From an uncultured Planctomycetota bacterium (GTDB taxonomy: Bacteria > Planctomycetota > Planctomycetia > Isosphaerales > Isosphaeraceae), in contig CAWGMQ010000004.1 of NCBI GenBank assembly GCA_963823665.1, positions 2,944,001 to 3,008,000 on the forward strand: a DNA stretch of 64,000 nucleotides. Direction: 5' to 3'. This document shows positions 22,071-36,518 of the stretch, piece by piece. The notes beneath the pieces are model-generated. The model did no database searches. It saw only the letters and a list, made by a program, of their open reading frames with translations, and was not told where the DNA came from. A program made the translations under genes and the position numbers. The number at the start of each line of letters is the position of its first letter. The first letter of the stretch is position 1.

Positions 22071-23045
22071 ATGTCGGACGCGGCATACCGGATGCCACGC
22101 GGGCAGTCGAGCAATCGCGCGGCTACACAGGCAGGCTGGATCAAGACGACGGTTCTCGTGTTCGTGCTCGCCCTCGTGAGCAGCGCAGCCGGCCTTTGCC
22201 GGGCGCAGGGCCAGGAGACCTTGAGCTGGAAGTTCCGGGAAGGCGACGTTCTCAGATACACGACCGAGCAGACGACGATGCTGAGCTTCAAGGCGATGGG
22301 GAAGGAGAGGAAGCAGAAACGCGCCCAGGGCGTGACTTACACGTGGTCGATCAAAGGAGTTTCGCCGGAGGGAGTCGCCGACATTACCCAGCGGATCGAA
22401 CGAGTGACGATGAAGATCGAGGCGCCCCCATATATGGCGTTTGAGTACGACTCGAACGCGCCTGCCACCGACGTTCCAGAGCCGTTTGAAGGCGAGGTCC
22501 AGCAGTCGAAGGCAGCGCTGGGTGGCGAATTCTCTTTCAAAATGAAACCCAGCGGTGAAATTGAGAGCATCAAGTTCCCCGACGCGACACTCAAGAAGCT
22601 GCGCGAAGGCTTGTCGCAAGAGGGAGGCGAGCGGGAAGAGTTTTCGGAGGAGCGCCTCAAGGATTCTGTAACCCAGCAGAGCCCCCCTGCATTTCCTGGC
22701 GGCCCGCTCGAGCCCGGCAAGAGCTGGGCCAGCAAGCCAACCCGGATCGTTCTCCCGCTGGGAACGATCGTCCTGGAGCGTTCATACACGTTCCAGGGCC
22801 CTGATCCCAAGGATCCGAACCTGATGCAGATCACCATGGAAGGCCGGGTGAGCCTCGAGCCCGCAGCCAATGTGGCAGCCAAGATCCGGGCTCAGGAGGG
22901 AAAGGGAACCCTGACCTTCGACAAACAGGGGGGCCGCTTGATCAGCAGCCGCGGTACTCAAAAGACCGAGATGGTCATTGTTGCGCAGGGGCAGGAGGGC
23001 GACCAGACGACCGACACGACCTCGGTCATGACCCTCGTCCCGTGA
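22071..23045 (+). CDS. Exported DUF6263-like protein
   Basis: Signal peptide, LSWKFREGD, YDSN, GTLTFD..G pattern. Confidence 0.65.
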   Translation: MSDAAYRMPRGQSSNRAATQAGWIKTTVLVFVLALVSSAAGLCRAQGQETLSWKFREGDVLRYTTEQTTMLSFKAMGKERKQKRAQGVTYTWSIKGVSPEGVADITQRIERVTMKIEAPPYMAFEYDSNAPATDVPEPFEGEVQQSKAALGGEFSFKMKPSGEIESIKFPDATLKKLREGLSQEGGEREEFSEERLKDSVTQQSPPAFPGGPLEPGKSWASKPTRIVLPLGTIVLERSYTFQGPDPKDPNLMQITMEGRVSLEPAANVAAKIRAQEGKGTLTFDKQGGRLISSRGTQKTEMVIVAQGQEGDQTTDTTSVMTLVP

Positions 23046-23049
23046 GGCC

Positions 23050-26220
<3,171 letters not shown>

Positions 26221-26821
26221 GATGTCGTCACACAGGTGTCAATCGCCGAACGGAACGTCGCTGGCTGACGCGCGGTCGTCCCGCGCGGAGGCAGGGTTCC
26301 AGGTCCACTCTACCCTAACAGTTCGGCGCCGAGACGCAAGCAATTCGTTAACGAAAAACGAATAAGCGGCGCCGATGAGGCCCCACAACAGCACTCCGCG
26401 CTGATTTTTATTCAGACTATGCAGATTACTCAATCATTCGCGTCCGAGGGCGACTCAGTGGGCAGGTCCGAGCGTGATCCGAGGCGATTCGATAAATTGG
26501 TAAAAATAAAGAGAATGATAACGCGCGGTCTGATCCCGTTGTAACCTCGCTCACCCATTTCGGCGCCGAAATTTCGACGTACGTGGCGAGTAACCGGCAT
26601 GGCTGCTCTTCCTTCGCGAGCGAATTCAGGCGTTTGCGACGTGCTTTTTTCGCTAGGCACGGCACGTGCTTTACCCCTCTTCCGCCTATCGGATGATCCG
26701 CGCAGCAACGGCGACTGAACTTGCTGCGGTTTGGGGTCGATCCGGCGGATTGTCAGGTGATTGCTTCTGTGCGGGTGCACCGAGCCGTTTTCGAAGGAAC
26801 CGGCTCATTCGAGGAAACAAC

Positions 26822-27697
26822 ATGCGGCTTTCGTCGAGGTGGCGTGACAAGTGTTTGATGGATTCGGAAGGGATTGATGGTCTCCGGATTCAGGCGTATG
26901 GGATCGGCGGGGAGGTCGTCGATGTTGTGCGACTGGGGCGCGGCGAGCCGCTGGTGGTGATCCCGGGTTTGGCGGGTGGGTGGAAGTTAGTCTGGCCGCT
27001 CTTGCGTAGCCTCGGCCGGCACTTCCACGTCATCTCGTTTGGATTGCGCGGCGATGACCGTGGGTCGGATGTGCCGTCCGGCCATCCGGCCGCGTCACAC
27101 GGAATTGGTGACTATGCGCAAGATGTCATTCGACTGATCGATCAGCTTGGCCTGGAGGCGCCGGCGGTTTTTGGTGTTTCGTTTGGAGGGGCGATTGCGC
27201 TCGAGTTAGCGGCGGAACATCCTGACCGGCTGGGCGCGCTGGTCGTTCATGGAGTGGAGGCGACGTTTCGTCCCTCGATCGGCTCGAAGATTGCGCGGCG
27301 GGTGCTCGAGCGGTTTCCGCTGCCGAGCGACAGCCGGTTTATCAACCAGTTCTTCCATCTGCTCTTCGGGCGCAAGCCGGAGCCGGGGCCGCTCTTGGAG
27401 TTCGTGATCGATCGCATCTGGGAGACTGGCCAGACAACGATGGCGGAGCGATTGGCGGCGCTTGAGTCGTTCAACATATCGGACCGTCTCTGGAGTATCG
27501 GTGCACCGACTCTGGTGCTAGCGGGTGCCCGCGACGTGATCGTGCCTGCGCCGCGCCAGCGCGCGCTGGCGCGAGAGATAACCGGCGCTCGGTTGGGAAT
27601 GATCGAGGAGGCCGGGCACATCGGCTTCCTGACGCACAGGGCCGAGGTCGTTCGCTGCGTGCGCACGCACATGAGGAAGGCGAGCGCGGTCGTTTGA
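26822..27697 (+). CDS. Alpha/beta hydrolase
   Basis: GVSFGG nucleophile elbow, GARDVI, AGH. Confidence 0.9.
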   Translation: MRLSSRWRDKCLMDSEGIDGLRIQAYGIGGEVVDVVRLGRGEPLVVIPGLAGGWKLVWPLLRSLGRHFHVISFGLRGDDRGSDVPSGHPAASHGIGDYAQDVIRLIDQLGLEAPAVFGVSFGGAIALELAAEHPDRLGALVVHGVEATFRPSIGSKIARRVLERFPLPSDSRFINQFFHLLFGRKPEPGPLLEFVIDRIWETGQTTMAERLAALESFNISDRLWSIGAPTLVLAGARDVIVPAPRQRALAREITGARLGMIEEAGHIGFLTHRAEVVRCVRTHMRKASAVV

Positions 27698-27918
27698 TCA
27701 GTTGTTCAGCGGCCGAGCGCTCTACCGGGGGAGGAAAATCGCTCTTGACCCTTTGAGCGAGGATCATTAGAGTCCCCGCCGGCTAACCGGTCTCGCGGGA
27801 TCGCTGGCCGTTCGTCTCACAGGGAAGTGGGCGAATGGGGTGTGACGCATTTGACGCGGCTCGGTTCTCGGGCCGCGTCCGGGGGTTCTCCCCGACCGCT
27901 GCGCAAGGAGGCTCTTTC

Positions 27919-30030
27919 ATGCGGCTCAATCTCCCTGGCCGACCATGGGCTTACGCGGCCGTAGCCGGGACAGCTCTGCTGGCACTGGTTCTTGTGGGTG
28001 CCGGGCCGGGCAAGAAGAAGGGCAAGGAGTCGCGCCCTCCCACTGTGCAGGAGACGGTTGGCGACCTCTCGTTCGTTGTCAGTCGTGGCGAATGGAAGGT
28101 GGAAGGGGTCGGTTTGGTCCGCGGGCTGGACAACACCGGGGTTGATCCACCGCAGTCGTGGTATCGCAAGCAACTCGTCGACGAGATGAGCAAGGCGGGG
28201 GTCGAGCACGCGGAGAAGTTGCTGGCGAAACCGCAGTGGTCGATGGTGATCGTCCGGCTGACCATACCGATCGGTGTCACCACGACGGACCGGCTCGACG
28301 TGCAGGTGGAGGTTCCACCGGCCTGTGGCACGAAGAGCTTGGCCGGCGGCTATCTGCTGCATACACGACTGCGCGAAGTGAACAGGAGTGCGAGTGCAAC
28401 CGGGCCCTTGGCCGGCCCCGAGATGGCCATCGCCCAGGGGCCGATCATGATTGGTACGCCGGCCAAGCCGAACGATCCCAAGGTCGGCCGAGTGCTCGGC
28501 GGCGGCAAGGTCAAGAAGGATTACCCGTTCACGCTTGTCGTCAAGGAGAACCGCGAGAGTTATCGAACGGCGAAGATGCTGGAAACGGTCGTCAACGAGC
28601 GGTTCCACCAGAACGAAAACGGGCATCAAACGGGAGCGGCCAAAGCCAAGACCCCGAGCTATCTCGAGCTCAAGGTCCCGAAGCTCTATCATCAGAATCA
28701 GCAGCATTTCTTCAGGGTCGTCCAGCTCTTGCAAATGATTGACAGCCCGGACCTTCGATCACGTCGCATGGCGGCATGGTCGAAGGACCTGCTCGATCCA
28801 GCATCAGCCGGCATTGCCGCCATGAGGCTTGAGGCGCTCGGGACGACCGCTGTCGAGCCGCTCAAGGCCGGGCTGAAGAGCACGAACGCTCAGGTTCGCT
28901 ACTTCAGCGCCGAGGCCCTTGCGTATCTCAACGACACATCCGGCGTGGATGTTCTGGGCGAATCGGTCGTGTCGCAGCCGAAATTCCGGGCGTACGCTCT
29001 GGCTGCGCTTGCCGCGCTCGACGAGCCGGCCGCTCACATGAAGCTGCGCAAGCTGATGGACGAGCCGTCGATCGAGGTTCGGTACGGGGCGTTCAACGCC
29101 CTCCGCACGCTCGACGCATCCGACCCGTTCCTGGGTCTGGTCCGGGTGATGGATCCGCCGAAGGTCGAAGAAGGCGAAGAGGAGAAACCGGAATCGATGG
29201 CGTTTCAGATCGCGGCGGGCTCGCGCAGGCAGCGTGATTCACTCGATGATCCTTTCGGACTGTACGTTGTCGATTCGGAAGGACCGCCGCTCGTGCATGT
29301 CTCGCGCACTCGCCGCTGCGAGATCGTCGTGTTCGGCCGGACGCAGAAGCTGCTCACGCCGGTCGTCTTGGGCACGGGGCCGATCTCGCTGAACGCGGCC
29401 GACAACGACGAGAAAATCGAGATCAGCAAGATCGTCGCCAGCGCGTTCGGCGACGCCGACACTAAACTCGCCTGCACGCTGGACCTGCCCGAGGTTATAC
29501 GCCGGCTGGCCAATCTGGGCGCAGGGTACCCCGAAGTCGTTTCGATTCTCGAGACGGCGAACCGGCAGAAGAACCTGCCAGGCCAGCTTGTCGTCGACGC
29601 GGTTCCGACCGCGAACGCCAACTATCTGGAAGCCGTCCTCGGCAAAGACATCACCGGCAAACGCGACGACGCGGTGAAGCGAACATCAGGCGAATCGTCA
29701 CGGTCACGCCCCTGGCGATTGTTCGGTCTCTTCGGCGGCAGCGAGCCCGACCGACCCGCCAAGGACCGCCCGGTCGCGGGAAATGGCTCGTCCAAGGGGA
29801 GCGAGCCGCCGCTTGAGATTCCCCCGTTACCCAGCGATATGACGCCGGGCGCGGACGCAGCTTCGAAGGCGACGAGCGGGGAGGGCGACAAAGAAGGCAG
29901 TGCGGCGAAAGCAAATTCGGCGCGCGGAGGGGACGAAAAAGTCGACCAGGGTGTCGACGACGACGACGACGAGCCGAAGCCGGCCCGGCGCAGGCTATCC
30001 GACTTTTTCCGGAAGGGAGATGAATTCTGA
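27919..30030 (+). CDS. FlgI (P-ring)-like protein with HEAT repeats
   Basis: GVGLVRGLDNTG..DRLDV..SLAGGYL resembles FlgI N-terminus; VRYFSAEAL and VRYGAFNAL HEAT-like units. Confidence 0.75.
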   Translation: MRLNLPGRPWAYAAVAGTALLALVLVGAGPGKKKGKESRPPTVQETVGDLSFVVSRGEWKVEGVGLVRGLDNTGVDPPQSWYRKQLVDEMSKAGVEHAEKLLAKPQWSMVIVRLTIPIGVTTTDRLDVQVEVPPACGTKSLAGGYLLHTRLREVNRSASATGPLAGPEMAIAQGPIMIGTPAKPNDPKVGRVLGGGKVKKDYPFTLVVKENRESYRTAKMLETVVNERFHQNENGHQTGAAKAKTPSYLELKVPKLYHQNQQHFFRVVQLLQMIDSPDLRSRRMAAWSKDLLDPASAGIAAMRLEALGTTAVEPLKAGLKSTNAQVRYFSAEALAYLNDTSGVDVLGESVVSQPKFRAYALAALAALDEPAAHMKLRKLMDEPSIEVRYGAFNALRTLDASDPFLGLVRVMDPPKVEEGEEEKPESMAFQIAAGSRRQRDSLDDPFGLYVVDSEGPPLVHVSRTRRCEIVVFGRTQKLLTPVVLGTGPISLNAADNDEKIEISKIVASAFGDADTKLACTLDLPEVIRRLANLGAGYPEVVSILETANRQKNLPGQLVVDAVPTANANYLEAVLGKDITGKRDDAVKRTSGESSRSRPWRLFGLFGGSEPDRPAKDRPVAGNGSSKGSEPPLEIPPLPSDMTPGADAASKATSGEGDKEGSAAKANSARGGDEKVDQGVDDDDDEPKPARRRLSDFFRKGDEF

Positions 30031-30656
30031 GGACTTGCGATCACGCACGCACGCACGATGGTTAGCCGTGGATATCCAGTGCGTGCAGGAACAGCGGAAT
30101 TTTTGTCCAATCTTGCATTTGAGACGTAAGTCGTACGCTCGCCAGGGAATTTGCAAACGAACCAGACCCGATGATCGGCTTCTTTGGTCGAGCTAGTCGT
30201 GGGCGTTTTTAAAGTCCCACGCCGCGCGGTTCGAATATTAGTCTTGACGGTCAGGTCCGCTACCGCAAGGAGGCGAGCGACACCTCCGAGCATCGGGCCA
30301 GATCGCTCCCCGTACGCACCTGGGCGGGGGGGTCTCCGTGCTTGACCGGAGTGGAGTCGGGTTCCCGATCCGTCAGTCACTCCCCGGTAACGGCGACGGC
30401 TGCCTTGACACGAATCAGCGGTTCTACCGTTGGCTTTTCAGGGGAGTTTGTTGCAGCCTGGACAGGATCAAGGACGGGGGCGGGGTCGGAGCGTCTTGCA
30501 CGATTGCCGTCTCTCGCGGTGTATGCCTGGCGCTGTTTAGAGCGTGTGGGCCCTCCGCCGAGCCGGGACTGTCACCGCGCCGACATGAATGCTATCCGGA
30601 GGGAGGAGGAAACCTCCGTGGTCTCGCACCAAACTGGGCGAGTGGAGTCCTCGAGA

Positions 30657-31231
30657 TGAAAAAGGTCTTTACAACCGGCCAGGTTGCGAAAATCTGCAAA
30701 GTCGCACCCCGGACCGTCAGCAAGTGGTTTGACTCAGGCCGCTTGCGTGGTTACCGCATCCCCGGCTCGCAGGATCGTCGCATTCCGCGGGAGCATCTCC
30801 TGCGGTTCCTCAAGGAGCACGGAATGCCCTTGGGCGACCTCGAAGCCGAGGTTTATCATAAGGTACTGGTGGTCGGGGCCGATGGCCCGCTCCAGTCGAT
30901 TCTTCGTGACCATCTTCGTGAGAACGACGATTTCCGTATCGAGACCGCAGCTTCGGGATTCGAGGCAGGAATCCGTGCCGAGAGCTTCCATCCCGACTGC
31001 ATCATCATCGATATGGCGCTGGGCCGCATCGAAGCGGGTCAGATCGCGCAGAATCTTCGCAAGAGCCCCGATCACGTCGGAACGATTCTGCTCGCTCTTA
31101 CCAGCGACGAACCGGGCGAAGAGACCTTCTCGCTCGGGTTCAACGATGCTTTCAAGAAGCCGTTCGATGGAGCGCTCCTGGCGGAGCGCGTCCGGCGTTT
31201 GATCTCGCAGAAGAAGGCCGACGAGCCCTGA
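30657..31231 (+). CDS. Excisionase-type HTH + receiver-domain regulator
   Basis: MKKVFTTGQVAKICKVAPRTVSKWFD..DRRI; PDCIIID..KKPFD. Confidence 0.9.
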
Positions 31232-31277
31232 GGCCCTCTGAAGGGAACCCGACAACTCCGGTAAGATAGTTTCCGAG

Positions 31278-31353
31278 ACGAACGAGCCCGCAACGAGCGG
31301 CCTCCTCCCGGGTAAGACCGAGATGAGGCCGCTCGGCGGGCTCGTTCGTTTTT
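31278..31353 (+). terminator. Probable rho-independent terminator
   Basis: acgaacgagcccgc..gagcggcctc / gaggccgctc..gcgggctcgttcg followed by T run. Confidence 0.6.
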
Positions 31354-31521
31354 CCTTGCGCTGGAAAAGGGGAAGAAAGGGCGGACGGCACACGGAGTGT
31401 GCCTGCTACAGGTAAAAGGTGGCTGACACCTTTTCTGCTCCTTGCGTTGGAGAAGGGGAAGAAAGGGCGGACGGCACACGGAGTGTGCCTGCTACAGGTA
31501 AAAGGTGTCCGACACCTTTTT
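31354..31521. repeat. Tandem duplication of an 86-bp unit containing two palindromes
   Basis: Units start at 31354 and 31440; each has GGCACACGGAGTGTGCCTGCTAC and AAAAGGTG..CACCTTTT. Confidence 0.9.
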
Positions 31522-32526
31522 CAGTGGCAAGTCGGGCCGCCGCCGAGTGCGCGGGCGGGGAGTAGCGATGAAAGAGCCGAGCGGATTCCGGACACCCCTT
31601 CCGGAGTCGTTGCAGCGAGGCAGACTCCGACGGAAGCCGTGAGCGCCAGGATAAGCATGAGCAGCCATTTCGCGTTCCACCAGGCGCGGCGGGCGCGAAG
31701 CGCGGACTTCAAGAGCAGGGCGACTTGAGCAGGCACGCTACCGCCGGCTGCGGCTTCGGATTCACCGGAGAACAAGGCCAGGCCGGGCCCGCGGGCACCG
31801 AACTTGCCGGCCAGAAGCACGGTGTTCTTCACGAGCCTCTGCCGGCACCATTTCGGCGAAGACCCTGCCGCGCGAAAGTGCGGTGAGCAGGAAGCCGGCT
31901 GAGAGAACCAGCCCGCGCCGCATCAAACGCGAGCGCAGGAGATCTCTGGCCCGCGACAACCGGCCCTTGACCGTGCCCACAGGCCAGTGCAGCAGCTCGG
32001 CGACTTCCTCGTTTGTCTTTCCCTCCAGGTAGCAGAGAATCACCGGCAGACGGTATTTCTCAGGGAGCCTTCCCACCTCGTCATGAAGCACGGGACGAAG
32101 CTCGTTCCATGCCGCCGTTTCATCCTGCTGCTGGTTTTCGATCGGTGCGGGCGACATCGCCATTGCCTGCCTTTCCAGCGTACGCCGTCGATTAACGCTC
32201 ACACGCGCCTTGACAGCAATGCGGTGCGCGACTTCATGAAGCCACCCAGCCAGCACCCTCCGGTTCCGGATCGAACCAGCCTTGCGTGCCAGCACGAGAA
32301 ACGTAGCCTGAAACGCGTCTTCCGCGTCGTGCTCCTCGTTCAGGATGTGACGGCAGATTCCGAGCACCATCGGGCCATGGGCCTCGACCAAGGCCCCGAA
32401 AGCCTCCTGGGCCGCCGCCGAATCTCCCGTGAGGTACCGCTCAAGCAAGCCGCCATCCGATGAATGATCTTGGGCGTGTTCGTGAACATCGTGCTTGACG
32501 CGTGAATGCGCTAACGCACCGGACAT
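31521..32526 (-). CDS. ECF sigma-70 factor with short TM-containing extension (frameshift near 31835)
   Basis: HGPMVLGIC..DAEDAFQATFLVLARKA..LPEKYRLPVILCYLEG..GTVKGRLSRAR. Confidence 0.9.
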
Positions 32527-32567
32527 GGTCGACTCCTCGATGCCCCGATTATCGTGTTCCGTCCTGA

Positions 32568-32598
32568 TATAAGAGGAGGCAACACGGTGGACGGTTAC
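32568..32598 (-). promoter_or_regulatory. Possible ECF-type promoter GTAAC..CTCTTATA
   Basis: AT-rich box about 40 bp upstream of the ECF start; single instance only. Confidence 0.3.
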
Positions 32599-32706
32599 GA
32601 TTTCGTGCGAACCCTCATTCTACCAGAACGCGGTCGAGTGATGCGATCATCAAAGCATGGGCGAAGTTCGCGGCCGACGAGCGATTTTTGCCGGCGTTGC
32701 TCGGAC

Positions 32707-34702
32707 CTAGGAGGCGGACGGGTCGCGAAATGGGGGTGATTCCACCACTCGAGGGCATCGGGGCAGGGAGTCCAGGAACATGCGGCCGTAGGGTTTGATG
32801 AGCACGCGGGGGTCGAGAATCACGACGATGCCGCGGTCGGTTTTCGTGCGGATCAGCCGGCCGAATCCTTGCTTCAGCTTGATAACCGCTTCGGGAAGTT
32901 GGTACTCGTTGAACGGGCTTCGTCCCTGGCTGCGGATGGACTCGAGCCGCGCCTCGAGCAGCGGATGGCTGGGGACGGCGAACGGCAGGCGGGTGATGAT
33001 GACGTTGGAGAGCGTGTCGCCGGGGACGTCCACTCCCTGCCAGAAGGTATCGGCGCCGAAGATCACGCTGTCGACGTCCGACTTGAACATCTCGACCATC
33101 TTCGAGCGCGGCATCCCGTCGCTCTGGGCGTAAAGGGCGATCTTGCGTGACGCAAGCCACGGGCCCAGCACTCGCGCCGCTTCCGCCAGCATCCTGTGCG
33201 AGGTGAACAGGACGAACGCCTTGCCGTGCGTCTGCTCGAGGTAGAAGGCGATGGCGCGAATGGCCTCGTCCTCGAACGCGTCGGGCTTGCTCGCGGGGTC
33301 GGGGAGGTTCTGCGGCAGGTGAACGGTCACCTGGCGGGCGTAATCGAAAGGGCTGCCCAAAGCCAGCGTCTGGGCCGTGTCGAGACCGAGCCGCGACTGG
33401 ATGAAATCAAATCGCGGCGGCGAGCCGACGCAGAGTGTTGCCGAGGTCAATACGCACGTGGGAACCCTCTTGAAGAGGAGACTGCGAAGTGCCGGTGCGA
33501 CATCCAAGGGCGCGGACGCCAGCCGCACTCGCGTGCGCGACCGTGGCTTCTCTTCGACCTCAACCCAGTAGACGGCCTCCGAGCTGTCTTGACGCAGCCA
33601 GCCGCTGATTTCTCCCGCGAGCCCGCGGCATCGCTTTTCCGCGGCGTCGAGCTCGATGCGCTGCGTTTTGTCCTTGATCTCGTGGGCCGCCTCACCGATC
33701 GCCGAGGCCAGCTTGTTCAGCTCTTCGGGAAGGATTTCGGGGCAGCCGATCGGCTTGCGCACCCTGCCGTTGAATCCCTGTCGCTGGCCATAATGCCAGT
33801 GCGCGATTGTATCGAAGAAGTCGTCCGCGGCAATTCGAGCGTTGTTGACCAGCGGCATTGCCTGCACGACCTTGTGGACGGCCAGAAGGCCGCGGCTGCG
33901 TGCGCTCGTTGAAGAGCCGCGCCAGCGTGTAGTCGATGCCGAGGCTCGAGAGCTTGAGCCCGAGGTGCTCGCCGGCGACGGCTTCGAGCGTGTGCGCCTC
34001 GTCGATGATCGCGACGTCATACTTCGGCAGCAGCCCATACCCCGCCTCACGCAGGGCCAGATCGGTGACGAACAGGGCGTGGTTCACGATCAGGATGTTG
34101 GCGTTGTGTGCTCGCCGCCGCGCCGCGTAGAAGAAGCACTCCGCGTGGCGCGGGCATTGTTTGCCCAGGCAGTTGCCATCTTCGCTCTGAATGGCCTCCC
34201 ACACGGTGGGATAAGGTCGATAATCGAGATCGGCGCGGCTGCCGTCCTTGGTTCGCTTGGCCCATCCCCCGATTGCGTTCAACTGGTCGGTATCTCTTCT
34301 GTCGGCGAACAGTCCGAACTGCTGCTGAAGCGCAACATCCAGGCGCCGCAAGCTGATGTAGTTCGACCGCCCTTTGACCAGAACCGCCGAGAACTCCTGC
34401 CCCATGACCGAGCGCAGAAACGGGATGTCCTTGCCGACAAGCTGCTCCTGAAGGGCGATCGTATGCGTCGAGACCACGACCTTCGCCTTGCGCTCGACCG
34501 CGGCCTGAATCGCCGGCACCAGGTAGGCAAAGCTCTTGCCCACGCCCGTGCCGGCCTCGACGACCAGATGGCTCGGCTTTTCGATCGCACGAGCGACAGC
34601 CGCGGCCATCGCGAGCTGCTCGTCGCGGTGCTCGTAGGACGAGAGCCGTTTCGCAATGACGCCGTTGGGGCCGAGGATCGACGTTGGGTCGAGGTGTTCC
34701 AT
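32707..34702 (-). CDS. dinG: DinG/YoaA-family ATP-dependent helicase (frameshift near 33900)
   Basis: EAGTGVGKS, KGRSNY, Cys cluster, DEAH, TSATL, LFTSH, FWQGVD, LKQGFGRLIR. Confidence 0.9.
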
Positions 34703-34743
34703 AGTATGTCAGGCTTTCAGCCTGACGCATTTCCATTTCCTGT

Positions 34744-35778
34744 TCAACGACCAACAACTCCCTGCGTCGGGCTCGACGCCGTCGCATACAGCTTGCGCGG
34801 AATGCGCCCGGCGCCGGCTGCCAGCCATCCCGATTCCACGGCCAGCCGCATTGCGTGCGCCATGCGCAGTGGGTCACTCGCTCCGGCGATCCCGGTGTTG
34901 AGCAGCACGCCGTCGCAGCCGAGCTCCATGGCGATCGTCACGTCGCTTGCGGTGCCGACTCCCGCATCGACGATCACCGGATAAGACGGATCGGCACCCT
35001 TCAAGTCCTCGAGGATGATGCGGATGTTGTTGGGGTTGAGGACACCCTGGCCGCTGCCGATCGGGCTGCCGGCCGGCATGACGCTCGCGGCCCCAGCCTC
35101 CTTGAGCCGGCGCGCCATCACCGGGTCGTCGCTCGTGTAGCACAGGACTTCAAACCCTTCCTTGACGAGGATCTGGGTGGCCTCGAGCGTGGCGAGCGGG
35201 TCGGGGAGCAGGGTGCGGGTATCGGCCAGGACTTCGAGCTTCACCCAGCTTGCCCCGGGATTGTTCAGCCCGAGCAGCAATTCGCGGCCAAGCCGGGCCG
35301 TCCGCAGCGCGTCCTCGGCGGAAAAGCACCCCGCCGTGTTGGGGAGGATCGTGTACCTGCGAGGATCGAGATAGTCGAGAAGGTTTCGGCCCTCCTTGTC
35401 GAAGAGCCGCTCGCGACGCACGGCCACCGTGACCACTTCCGCTCCGCTGGCGTCAAGGCAGTCACGCATCATCTCGAGCGACGAGTACTTGCCGGTCCCG
35501 ACGAACAGCCTGCTGCGGAACGAGTGCTTGCCGATCTTGAGGGGTTCGAATGGTTGGGGCACGGCCGCCCCGCCCCCGACCAGCGTGACCACCTCGAGGA
35601 TGTCGCCGTCGGCGACCGCCGTCTCGGCTTGCCGCGACCGCGTGACGAGGCCCTTGTTGAGCTCGACCGCAACGTGCTCGGCCCGAAGTCCCAAGTGCCG
35701 GACGAGCTCCGCCACGGAGAGCGGACCGGGCAGCTCCTTCGTTTCGCCGTTGAGCGTGATGCGTACCGAGGATTCCAC
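34744..35778 (-). CDS. thiG: ThiS-ThiG fusion (sulfur carrier + thiazole synthase)
   Basis: [21 protein letters not shown], then [36 protein letters not shown]. Confidence 0.95.
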   Translation of the reverse strand: MESSVRITLNGETKELPGPLSVAELVRHLGLRAEHVAVELNKGLVTRSRQAETAVADGDILEVVTLVGGGAAVPQPFEPLKIGKHSFRSRLFVGTGKYSSLEMMRDCLDASGAEVVTVAVRRERLFDKEGRNLLDYLDPRRYTILPNTAGCFSAEDALRTARLGRELLLGLNNPGASWVKLEVLADTRTLLPDPLATLEATQILVKEGFEVLCYTSDDPVMARRLKEAGAASVMPAGSPIGSGQGVLNPNNIRIILEDLKGADPSYPVIVDAGVGTASDVTIAMELGCDGVLLNTGIAGASDPLRMAHAMRLAVESGWLAAGAGRIPRKLYATASSPTQGVVGR

Positions 35779-36010
35779 CGAGTCAGCTCCGGCTGCAGGG
35801 GCGACTTTTTGCGGTCTGCACGACTAGCTGTTCGCCGTAAGTCCAAACGCAGACGAGATATCTGGAATACCATTCCGATTGCGTCCATTCCTTGGCCATC
35901 CTATCCCCACGCGCCGACTTGGGTCAAGGCGTCGACGGCACTGCAATTGCACTTACTTCAGGCAGTAACGAACAACGAACGGGATCCGTGCCGTGTAAGG
36001 AGTCGCAACG

Positions 36011-36496
36011 ATGTTGATTCTGAAACTCTCGGCGGTACTGGCGCTAATCAGCCTACTCGGCTCAATGGCCGTCGCGCAACAGACCGATCCAGCCACAAAA
36101 AAGGCGGACAAGAAAACGACGCCCGAGTCGCTGGTGGGGCGTTACACGATCACCTCCGGCGAAAAGGAGGGCAGCAAGGAACCGGAAGAGCGGATCAAAG
36201 GAACGACCGTGACGTTTACCAAAGAAACGGTCATCGTTGCTGACAAGGAGAAGAAAGAGATCTATTCCGCCAGCTACAAACTCGACACCAAGACGACGCC
36301 TTGTCAGATCACGATGACGAGCAAGGTCGAAAGCTCGGCAGGTGAAATCGCCCGCGGGCTGATCCAGCAAGACAAAGACGACACTCACGTCGTCAGGCTG
36401 GTCTACGCACTGCCGACGGGCGAGATGCCGACCGAATTCAAGACCAAGGAAAAGCAGTTGATGTTCGTGATGAAGAAAGAGAAGTCTGAGTCCTGA
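36011..36496 (+). CDS. Exported TIGR03067-like protein
   Basis: Signal peptide; GRYTITSGEKEG..YKLD..TP..I..GL..L.Y..P.EF. Confidence 0.7.
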   Translation: MLILKLSAVLALISLLGSMAVAQQTDPATKKADKKTTPESLVGRYTITSGEKEGSKEPEERIKGTTVTFTKETVIVADKEKKEIYSASYKLDTKTTPCQITMTSKVESSAGEIARGLIQQDKDDTHVVRLVYALPTGEMPTEFKTKEKQLMFVMKKEKSES

Positions 36497-36518
36497 CTCG
36501 GGCTCAGTTCGACGCGAA

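Noticed and set aside
32589..32598. GTAACCGTCC matching the IS66 end
   Set aside because: Only 10 bp, no partner end or transposase remnant
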